Positions 24,443 through 35,350 of a stretch of 64,000 nt of DNA are shown here, piece after piece. The notes under the pieces were generated by a model that did no database searches, was not told the origin of the DNA, and saw only the letters and a program-made list of their open reading frames with translations. This stretch comes from Octopus bimaculoides (lineage: Eukaryota): assembly GCF_001194135.2 (NCBI RefSeq), contig NC_069001.1, forward strand, positions 3,369,966 to 3,433,965, written 5' to 3'. A program made the position numbers and the translations under genes. Position 1 is the first letter of the stretch; every line of letters begins with the position of its first letter.

Positions 24443-25355
24443 GGCAATGAGCTGGCAGAATTGTTAGCACGCTGGTGAAATGCTTAGCAGTATTTGGTCT
24501 GTCTTCATGTTCTGAATAATAATAATGTTGTTGGTGTTGTTGGTGTTTTTGTTGTTGTTGTTGATTCAAAACATGAAGTATTTCGTCCGTCTTCATGTTC
24601 TGAATAATTGTTGTTGTTGTTTTGTTGTTGTTTTTGTTGATGTTTTTGTTGTTGCTGTTACTGTTGTTGTCTATTCAGAACATGAAGTATTTTGTCTGTC
24701 TTCATGTTCTGAATGATTGTTGCTGTTGTTGTTGTTATTGTTGTTGTTCTTGCTGCTGCCGCCGCTGTTGTTCTTGTTGTTGTTGTTGTTTATTCAGAAC
24801 ATGAAGTATTTCGTTCTTCATGTTCTGAATAATAATTGTTGTTGTTGCTGTTGTTGCTGCTGCTGCTGCCGCTGCTGCCGCTGCTGCTGCTGCCGCCGCT
24901 GTTGTTGTTGTTGTTGTTGTTTATTCAGAACATGAAGTATTTCGTTCTTCATGTTCTGAATAATAATTGTTGTTGTTGCTGTTGTTGCTGCTGCCGCTGC
25001 CGCTGCTGCCGCTGCTGCTGCTGCCGCCGCTGTTGTTGTTGTTGTTGTTGTTTATTCAGAACATGAAGTGTTTCGTTCGTCTTCGTGTTCTGAATAATTG
25101 TTGTTGTTTTTGTTGAAGTATTTCGTCCGTCTTCATGTTTTGAATAACTGTTGTTGTTGTTGTTGTTGCTGCTGCTGCTGCTGTTGTTGTTTATTCAGAA
25201 CAAGAAGTATTTCGTCCGTCTTCATGTTCTGAATAATAATAATAATAATAATTGATGTTGTTGTTGCTGCTGTTGTTTATTCAGAACATGAAGGCGGACG
25301 AAATACTGTTAAGCATTTCACCAGCGTGCTAACAATTCTGCCTGTGCACCGCCCT
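24443..25355. repeat. SINE-derived hairpin array with trinucleotide spacers inside an inverted repeat
   Basis: Six near-complete units of TTATTCAGAACATGAAG-loop-CTTCATGTTCTGAATAA, plus one partial unit and two terminal half units. Spacers are (GTT/GCT/GCC)n. The outer ~65-bp SINE-head copies are inverted relative to each other. Confidence 0.9.
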
Positions 25356-26695
25356 AATAATAATAATCACTGCTAAGCTTTCAAGATGCTTCCTTTTGAT
25401 AGTTCTGAAAATTCTGAACAATTTTACAATCAGTTCAAAATAGAAAATTTTAAGTAACTTGCCATTTATTTCTTACCAAAATTAATAAGGGAACATAGGT
25501 TATTTTAAACTCTTTTGTATTTCTTTTTGGAGATTAGTAAATAATGGTGTCAAGAAGATACACCAAAATAACACACCAAACTATATGGTCTTGTGTTAAT
25601 GAGAATAATTGCAAAGGCTATTTAGTTATATCCTTCTACAGACTAAGTAAAAATACTATTTCAGTTGCCATTCAGCTTTCTGGGATCAACGAAATAAGTA
25701 CTGGTCCATAAATATTGTGATTAATTAAATCGCCAACTCCTATCTTGAAAAACTTTTTACCCTGAGCTAAAATTAGAAATCCTTATTTTATTCAAATCCA
25801 GCTGGAGTCAGCTCTACTTTTTGATATTCCATGATCTAATCTGTGATCAATTTTAGTTGTCATTTTATATTCGAAGTTCAACTCCTGTCCGGGATAATTA
25901 TGTCTTTCACCAAATTATTTGTCTTTGTTAAAAAAATCAATATTATTATTATTTGTATCATTATTAGAGCTGTGAATTGCCAGAATCATGAGAGTGTTGC
26001 TACAGTATCACACTCATTATTTGTTCTGGCTTTACATTTTGAGGTCAAATCCTGCTGAAGTCAATTTTGTCATTCATCTCTCTGGGGTTGATAAGATAAA
26101 GTGCTTGTCAGGTCCATCATCAGACTTTAGTAATTTGTAATAATGCTGAAGTGAAATCACAAAAGTGGAGTAAATCTGAGGGTGTACCATTGAATAGTGA
26201 AGGGGCAGTGCTGTCCAGTCCACTCCCTTCATGATGGGCATGATACTAGTCCAAGGGTCCATATAATTGACTGACCTCCTCCCTCTAAAATTTTAGCCTT
26301 GTACTTGTTAGAAACAATTATTATCATTGTTATTCATTGCGGTAATTAATTAAACCCTACTATAAGCAACATAAACTGTACTTTTATTATGTTTTTATTC
26401 TAAACAAAGTGTTATTGTCAAATCTCCAACATACAAATTCATTTATCATTAGGTCATACTGATATTTGATTATTATCAATAACTGAAACATATTTACAAC
26501 TGAATATTGTGTATATGTGGTAATGGTAGTATTGAGGACAAGCTGATGTCTGAAAAATAAGTATATGTCCATAGTGATATTCAAATGTTAGATGATTAAT
26601 ACAATTAAGATGGTGGAATTAGTTCAGGTCGTACACATTTACTTCAGTGCCTTTAGTTATCTCTCACAAGATCAATAAAAATACTGCCAGTATTA

Positions 26696-27590
26696 CGAGA
26701 TCTGATCAATAAGTATCCGGACTGTTGTCATAGTAACAAACCTAAAGCATGCAGAGTGAAGCCACTTGGCTCAGATTAACCATGAACTCTGCTGTGCATG
26801 TGCACTAATGTTTTAAAGTTCTAGCTCACTTCCGCTGTTTACTGCAGTGCTTGGAAGGAAGCTGTGTAGCGTGTGATTGTCACATTGACCATGACGGAGA
26901 AAGTTGTCATGGTGATACCTGCTCAGAGCCCTACGTAAGGTTGCAGAAAGTGTATGGAGAGGAATATATGAGCCACACACAAGTATATGAGTGGTTCAGA
27001 CGTTTCCAAGATGGCCGAAAAAATGTCGCCATCGACAAACGTTCTGGGAGACCCACAACCAGTAGAAGTGAGGAAAACATTGCAGATGTGCATGTAGTTG
27101 TGAGGGGAAATCATCAAATCACCATCTATGAGTTATCAGAGGATGTACAGATTAGTTACAGTTCAGTTCAGTCCATTACAACTGAAGATTTGGGTATGTG
27201 ATGCATGTCTGCCAAGTTTGTGTCAAAACTGCTTTCAGCAGGCCAAATAGACACTCAAGTTTCAGTTACACAAGATCTCCTTCATTGTGTTGAGTTCGAT
27301 GAAAGCTTTTGAAAACTTTGCATAGGCCTCTGAGTAGGTATCACCAAGCTTTTGGCAAAATTTGATGCAGATTCTCTGCTCAACTTTCTCTGTCATAGTC
27401 AATGCAACAATTTCATGCTACATACCTTCCTTCCAATCACTGCTGTAAACAGCAGAAGTGAGCTATAATGTTAAAACTTAGTGTGCATGCACAGCAGAGT
27501 TCAAGGTCAATATGTGCCAAGCGGCTTCATTCTGTGTGCTTTAGCTTTGTTAGTATAGCAATAATACGGATACCTATTGATCAGTCTACT
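26696..27590. mobile_element. Non-autonomous mariner (Tc1/mariner) fold-back derivative with truncated transposase
   Basis: TA flanks (26694-26695, 27591-27592) and inverted ends. Plus-strand ORF remnant VYEWFRRFQDGR..D.RSGRPTTS...ELSEDVQISYSSVQSI.TEDLGM*.MSAKFVSKLL corresponds to the mariner HTH region, with a stop and no DDD domain. The right arm encodes MTEKVEQRICIKFCQKLG on the minus strand. Confidence 0.9.
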
Positions 27591-29029
27591 TATAGTAGGC
27601 AGAAGCCAGTCTAGTATGCTCCTACCTATAATACTCTCCTTAGCTGACCATACTGTTGTTGTAGAGTGCATATTAGCTTTACTCAAAGAACCCTGTGGAA
27701 TGTAAGTAGCTAACCAATCATCTGGGTGTTGGTCTCTTACTCATCAATCTAAATTTGCTATACCTCTGTTGGATTGAAGACCTCAGAGTGCATTGTCTTC
27801 AGTGGTTATAAATTCAATAGCTAATTATGAGTCAGCCTGGAAATACTGAGTTTCCTCCAGTCCTAGTCTGATTTTGAAGCTCTTTGACTCTGCTGGTAGC
27901 CATAACAAAGGGAAACAAGCTCTAAATGGTCAGAGCATGGACTTTGTCTTTCTACGGCTCTTGTTTCTGATGGTGTAATATCAATACAATGTTTTTTGCT
28001 CATGAGGCTATAAAGAAACAATGGGTTTCTTTCAGTTCCTGTCTACCAAGTCTACTCACAAGGCTCTAGTCAGCTCAGGGCTATTAGTAGATGACACTTG
28101 CTCAAAGTGCTGTATATTTTCCTTTTATTTTGTTGAACTGAGTAGTGATTTTTAGATTGTTCTGTTGCCCATTCTATAAATCAATACTTGATATTAAAAA
28201 AAACTAGCATTCCTGTGTTCTGAATAAGCTATGTGCATGCTTCTACTTGACACACTCAACTCTCTACTCATCATATCTAATGTGTCACTGCATACCTCAA
28301 TCATTCTTGCTGGAAGTTCCTTCACACCCATACTTTCCTTGCAGATGTCAAGCTATACATATTCATACTGAATATCAACTGCATCAATATTACCAGTTGG
28401 GAATGCTGTTAAAGGTCATGAGCACTGCTTCTTTCTTCCATGACTATCTTATTTAAAAAGAAAATCTTGACCAAAAAACAGCAAAACTTTAAGTCTTATT
28501 TATACACATAAATCTTTTGTAAGAAGTTTGTTGACAGAAATTTTTGAGTCTTTTCTTCTATTAACAATTTTATCAGTGTATGTGTTTGTGCAATAAATTC
28601 CTCTCCATGAATTGAAGGTGTGAAGCTTCCATTGAATAGAAACATTTCTATTAAAGAATTCAAATGTAACCTTATCATGACTAAAAACATTTAATTATTA
28701 TATAAGCAATACCATCTGTGTATTTCAGAATTTAGGCTATTTTATTTTTATTTATATACTAGCATACCTGGGTTGGCAAAAATGCTGACACTTTTATTAC
28801 TGATAGTAAATGGCACATCAACACAACGGGGGGAAAACTATCAATAATTGTCAGCAATCTAGTAAAAATATGTACATACACAGAATTGAAGCAGTTGAAG
28901 ACTAAGATGTAACATCTCGGTTGAAAATATTTCCTATATAATGCATGTTTGTGTATATATAAACACAGACACACACAGATGTACATATATTATATACTTA
29001 TATATTGAATTATCAAAGTTGGGAGTTAA

Positions 29030-29340
29030 GTCCAGGTTGGATGCAGTCTAGAATGTTTGTATGTCGACCAGCAGTAGCACCATCCTAGATGTAAGAGCAA
29101 TCCTCTACTGTGGATCTCAGCTATAGTTAGTAGTTGTTGGACACTGAAGTATTTTCTGTACATCACTTCCATCAGCATGTCACAAGCAGCTTGTGAAAAG
29201 TTGGTTTTATAGTAGAGTCAAACACAGGTATCAGAACTGTATCACCCTTATCAAATAGTTAAGCTCTCACTGCTCCATATAGTCTCTGCATCTAAAGACT
29301 ACTGACCATGTGTAAAATACAAAAGTTTCAGTAATACCTG
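29030..29340 (-). mobile_element. Possible very decayed RTE-like RT fragment
   Basis: The minus strand vaguely follows the GVKQGCVLAPTLF region. Heavily eroded. Confidence 0.3.
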
Positions 29341-29784
29341 GCTCCACATCAATACAGTAAATTATATTTTCTGAATTTAATCTTGCAAAAGCTTTCTTTC
29401 AAATATCACTGAAAAACTGATGTAGCATTGTCTTTTGGTTTGTTTAAATTTTCAAGAACACTACTTCAGTTAAAAAGTGCCAGATAATTTTTTATTATTG
29501 CTTGATTGATTACATTCTTTTGTGTCTGTTTGTGCATGCATATATTAACAATCTTTTGTCAACTTGCAACAATGAGAATAAACACCTTTAACATCTGGTG
29601 ACACATTTTGAATAATTAGAAAAATACTAATTGTCATAAACCTCATTAAATGAATTTTTGGCATTACTTTTCTCACATTACTCAGACACCATTTGGACCA
29701 TTGGAGAATTTCACTGTTTCTTCATTAAATTTGCTGCCAATAAGAAATGGCTTTTCATCATTATTGCCAGCGTCATCATCATCG

Positions 29785-29834
<50 letters not shown>

Positions 29835-30639
29835 GTTGTTGTCGTCATCATTGTTGTTGTTTTAACATTCAGTTTTCTGTTTGTATGGTTGGGTGGAATC
29901 TGTTGAAGCTGATTTTCTATGGTTGGATACCTTCCCTGTCATTAAACCACACCTATTTCCATGTAAACTAATACTCTTCTATGACCAGACATATTTACAT
30001 GGAAAATTAGAAATGTAAGATGTTGCTTGCATGATGGTGAACTCAATAAAAACTATCATGCAATGACAAGGCAAGGAGACAATTTCTCTCTTTCTCTCTC
30101 ACATACACACATGATAGGCTTCTTTCATTTTTTGTTTACCAAATCCACTCTTTAGTCTTTGATCAACCTAGGGCTATAGTACAAGATACTTGCCCATGGT
30201 ACCATGCATTGGGACTGAACCCAAAACCATGTTAGTTGGGAAGCAAAGTTCTTACTAGGCACACAAAAAAATGTATACTTCTGTTGATACTTTATCTCTA
30301 ATTGTGTTTCAAAAATATTTCAGTTGTCAGAATAGCTAAAATAGTGGCAAAGTTAAAATTAGATTTACCATCTTCATCTATCAGAGTTTTTGACAAGGTG
30401 AAATTATTTCTTGTAAAAGTCAAAGAAATACCCATATTGATTCAACAGCTAGGCTTTTCATAATGACTGTGATTCTTTGAGAAACTTTGAAGGTGTGGAT
30501 CTAGGAGTGAGATTGATGTCCTTGTTTGGATATAGGATTTGGGTTACTCAAAGTTTTTCCCAGTTTTATTCTATCATATCAACTTAATTGAATCTTAGCT
30601 GACTTTGCATTCAGGATCATATAGCCATCACATGGCAAC

Positions 30640-32115
30640 AATATAGTGACCACCACACGATACAGATCACCTCATGCTGCATTATCCAGTTACTTTAATC
30701 TTGAGTGAAATATGGAACAATCCATGCACTGTGGAGGCATGCATCACTTCGCACTGAAAATGTAAATTTGGAGGTGTGGACATTATACAAAACAAACAAA
30801 ACCAATCACCAGGAAGTTAATGGCATTTTCCAGCCATTGTCTTTCTTTTCAAGAAGTTTTATTCCTATTAAGATGAAATATAGCACTTTTCAAAAAAAGA
30901 ATGTCTATAAAAGTATACTGTCTTTATAATTTTTGCCATATGTAAGGAAATGTTTTTGTAGTGTATACAGGACAGAAACATTTTACTTAAGGACTATTTT
31001 CTTGCTTCAGCGAGTACTCTCCACTCTGTTACTAGGACATCATCTCACAGTTCAAGATTGACAGTTTTAAGATTGCTAAATTCCGACTTTGTTTTTCTTA
31101 GCATGTGAAGATTTGACTCTTTAAGTTTCCAGCAAGTTAGTAACAAAGGAGAATAGCAATTGTGCAAGCAGGCAGACCTGTCAATATATTCAACCAGTTT
31201 CTCAAGCCAACATAAAAACACCATTTTACCTACTGTATTCAATAACCTTTACTGTTCACCTGCAGCTGAAACAATATACTACCAGGTATTAAACATTCTG
31301 CACACATTGTCAAATGCTGGTATCCTTGAAACTTTGAAATTATAATCATTTATTTAATGTGGCCACTCCTGAACAAAGGTTTGCAAACAGGGGCCTAAAT
31401 CTTACTCCAGAGTGCCAGTAATTAACTGAAAGTCCAGGCACAGCAAAGCTCTATTAGGAACTTTTATCACCCCACCCCACATAAATCCATTTCAGCTATA
31501 CACACACACACACACACACACACACTATGTATGTGTGTGTGTGTATGTCTAGTTGTTATGCTGCCTCAATCCAATGGATTTACTAATCCAAGCTGCTGAT
31601 GCATTATACCCAATTAACAAAGGCATTTCCTGTGTCCAGCATCTCAACTGGATGACAACTTTGAGGTCTTACCAATTACAACATTTCAAGTACAATATTT
31701 TTACTTTTCAGTATCCTAGGTTATCTATGGACTGAATGATTACTCACCATCTCTGCAGCATAGGAATAGCAGAGTGTTTCCACCAATAATTTAACACTTC
31801 TCACACGTATCCCTACAAATCTGTTTCTTATGTTTCCTGCAGAACAAACCAATAGCTTAATTCCAACTACAACTGAGAACCTCTTTTGGGGATAAGAACC
31901 ACAAAACATATTTTGTGTGTTTGTGTACTGTAGCCAATTAAGCAAACTCATACAACTAGCATACACTAGACCCTGCCCAAACCTATTTCATTACAAGAAA
32001 TTTTTCAAAATCCACAACATTATAAGTATTGATAGATTAAAACCAGTATTACCTGACTTGCAAGAAAATTCTACAAATATTGCAAGCAATTCAAAAATAG
32101 ACCATTCTCCTTAAC
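30640..32115 (+). mobile_element. Highly decayed Ty3/gypsy pol remnant (RNase H - integrase)
   Basis: Broken frames carry QPLSFFSRSF....KYSTF (RNase H-like), LNILHTLSNAGILETLKL (integrase Zn-finger-like) and ISIDRLKPV (GPY/F C-terminus) in the expected order. No LTRs recognised. Confidence 0.7.
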
Positions 32116-32439
32116 ATAACAGTGTTCTCAACAAAACATTCTACGATACTATCTTCATCATATACATTTTCCAGACCAATCTAAGACATTTGTCAGCTAA
32201 AGTCACTCATTAATCACTATTAACCTACATTGAAACAAATTCATTCAAAAAGCAGCCAATATCATTTTGTTTCCCAATGACAACACCGCAATAATCAATC
32301 ACCTTAACAGTTAGCATATTTCCAACTAATTAAATAGCAATATAAACACAAGCAATATAAATTCACCCTCATACAATGGCAGCCTTTCCAACATCTCATC
32401 TTCTTTTGCAGGTATATGAAAGAATTTAATAACTCTTTT

Positions 32440-33270
32440 ACTATGTGAAACATTTCTATCTCAAATCAAGGAGGGAACCTCTACATGTACAATGACTTAC
32501 TTTTAGCTAAATAGTTTTCTTACAGTTATGTCACCAGGAAAGGACTATCCATAGTAATTTTTCTTGCATAAAACCAACTTACAGCTCATCTAGTGTAACT
32601 GTCTCTCTAATTGAGCTATAACTCTTTCTGTAATTTTCAAACCAGTTCTAGTATTTTGATATCCCTATTATTTTCTCTCTCAAAGGCATTTCTTTTATCC
32701 TTGTGACAGTTGACTATGATGTTGCTGTATCACTTGTTGAATATAACATCTTCTTGTACAACCTGATAGATGATGCTACAATGTCTTGATTTTCTCTGAT
32801 ACATTACCTTGCATTTTGGAACATATCATACCTCTGGTCATCATATTGTAGAGCATTGGCAGACCACTTACTTTCTGCTTCTTCCCTTGTTAAATAAGCC
32901 TTTGTCTGACTTCTCTTTTAATTACCTGGTATAAATTCTTTGCTGTGCCTATTTTTCTAACCTTTTGAAGCTTGTCTCTTTGCTTTACTAGCTAACCCTA
33001 ACTGTCTCGCCACCATGTCACCCTCAGTCTGGTTACATGCTATGGAGTTGATCTGTACCCTTGTAGCCCTAGGTTGTCCCGTAATAACCTTCAGTTGTCT
33101 CTATCTTCACTTGTGTTCACTGACAGTTAAGCAAGAGTCTCACCGTCATTGTAGGTGGTGTTTATGCTTGCAACCAACTGCAAAAGCATGTCTGGCCACT
33201 TTTGACATGTTACATGATCTTTGTGAACAAAAAGCTCCTTCAGATGGTGTCATTTATTTTCTATTCATCG
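32440..33270 (-). mobile_element. Decayed RTE-clade LINE fragment (linker and start of RT)
   Basis: Minus-strand translation gives remnants such as EEAESKWSANALQYDDQR and IIVNCHKDKRNAFERENNRDIKIL (cf. IVNCYKGKGDALDRNNYRGIKLL), with multiple stops and frameshifts. Confidence 0.7.
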
Positions 33271-33499
33271 TATTACCATGTCCAGGCTGTTTATTGCTCA
33301 ATAGACTAGGGGATTATTAACTTAAATTGGAAACAAGTAAAAGTCGGTGGCAGGAAGGACACCTGGCCATTGAAAATCTGCCTCAATGAATTCTGTCTGA
33401 TCTATGCCAGCATGGCAATCTACATTTATATAATTTTTCCTCTCTAACCATCATTTCTAGACCCACCACGAGGGAACATGAAAGTTGCTATGTAGTCAC

Positions 33500-35350
33500 A
33501 CACCCAGCTAGAAATCGCAAAGAGATAATCAAATCACACCAAAATAACACATTACGTAAACTAGTACCTAATATTTTAATATCTGCAACTAATAGATGTC
33601 ACGGCTGAACACATTTTATCGTCGGTTTGATTTTATCCTTGCAGAGTCCGTGAAGTAAAATACCAGGATAGATTTAATATTTGAATTCCCCAAAGAATTG
33701 TCGGAAATTAGCTTGTGGGTCAAAAAGTGTAATTTCTTTGGATGAGTACGTTTTAAGATTACGATTAAGGAAAAATACTTTTTTTATTGTTAGGAGTGGA
33801 TGGGATGAGTAGAAGCGATTCCAGTCACCTTTTCTGTAATTTTTCAATGCTGACTTTCTCGTTACGACTTATGTTATGCATGTTTTGAAAAATCCTAATT
33901 TCAGGTGTTTAAAATATAAAGCTGAACTAATTTTCGAAAAGCAAAACTAAAACGTTACGAAAAGATGAAGAGAAATCCACTTTTTTTTCTTCAGAATGCT
34001 TAAAACATACACATCCGAAGAAATTGCGGTCTTGGGCGCACTAGATATTTCCGACTCTATTCTTTAGGTACGCCTAATGTTTCAATAAAGCATCGAGATG
34101 CGAATAGAAAGATGACAAAACTTTTATTCATCGACCGTTGGAGAGATGAAAAGTAGTATAATTTGAACCACAGTATGATTATTTTTGAAGCGTAAAAAAT
34201 AAGAGAGAGAGAGACAGACAGACAGACAGAGACAGAGGAAAAATTGCTCTAAACTCGGAAATAACCTCTAACTTCCGGCAGATCGTTGTCAAAGCAACTT
34301 ATATACTATCGATAAGCCCCATCCCCAATCCTTTGCTTTGGAGATAAAAAATGGAAATTGTTTGCCTTATCTTGTACTATTTTATCGATAACTTCAGTGT
34401 TGACAATATATCTATTTATTTCGTACATGCCCTCATCTCTTTCCACACGTTTTTCGATCTGTATATGTGTTTTCGTACCTGTCAAAGACTGGGATCGATA
34501 GTATTGACTAACCCCTGGCCTTGTGCTTATATCATAAACCGCTATTATTTTAAATTTTTTATTTTATTTATTTTAGATATAACCAATTTCTCACTTCTCA
34601 TGAATCCAGCCCACGCATGCATCCCTATAGTCATATAAACATAAACACGCGCACGTGCAAGTTTATGAGGGAGGTGACAGTCGATTAAATCACCCCCTCA
34701 GTACTTGACTCAAAAGCAAAGTTGATTTCAGCGGAATTTGTACTCAGAACGCCCAGGGATGTCCTCAAATACTGAAAGGTATTTTGTCTGCTAGTGGAGT
34801 GGCAGACACAAGATTACAAATTCTGGAGGAGTAGAGTCTAATACATTTATTTCAGTACTTCACTGGTACTTCATTTTATGGACCCCGGAAAGCTGAAAAG
34901 CTATGGTCGACCTAGGTGAGATTTGAACATTCTGAGTTCAGATTCTGCCGGGATCGACTTTGCCTTTCATTTTTCCGAGAGTCATTAAAATAAGTACCTG
35001 ACAAGTATGTCTCAATTGCAGAATAACCGAGCAAAATAACAAATAATGATGTTTTTCCCCTCCCCCTTTTTTTTTCGACACAATGTGACAAAATTAAGAA
35101 GGTGGTGAAGATGTTGTGGCCTTTGCAATTCATGAGGTAAGGATTCGTAGCATACTCGACTTAGGGGCAGTAATATGAAGTGAACAAAATAATGAATCCC
35201 GCAATGCTGACGCGATTTACTTCTCCCGACATCACAAAAGCAAAATAAATGAGGTTGCACTTTCGAAAGTAAATGACAAAACGCTCCACAATAACAACGT
35301 AAAGTTAAACGTAGCTTTTACCAAAATCATATCGGTGCTACATATGCTTA
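33500..35350. promoter_or_regulatory. CpG-retaining segment, probable centriolin promoter / first non-coding exon region
   Basis: CpG dinucleotides are visibly frequent here and nearly absent on both flanks. It lies upstream of the CNTRL 5'UTR acceptor at 23709 and contains ETS, X-box and DRE motifs. Boundaries are approximate. Confidence 0.6.
34285..34298. promoter_or_regulatory. RFX X-box-like motif GTTGTCAAAGCAAC
   Basis: Matches the degenerate X-box consensus RYYNYY-WW-RRNRAC at all positions. Adjacent to ETS core ACTTCCGG (34271-34278) and TATCGATA (34307-34314). Confidence 0.5.

Noticed and set aside
24378-25066. Repeated ORFs (MLLLL...IQNMKYFV...CCCC)
   Set aside because: Translation by-products of the hairpin and trinucleotide array, with no splice or homology support.
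24443-25355. True CRISPR array
   Set aside because: Eukaryotic intron, no cas genes, spacers are low-complexity trinucleotide runs, and the repeat derives from a SINE found elsewhere in the window.
26851-27201. Active or domesticated transposase gene
   Set aside because: N-terminal deletion, premature stop, and no DDD catalytic domain.
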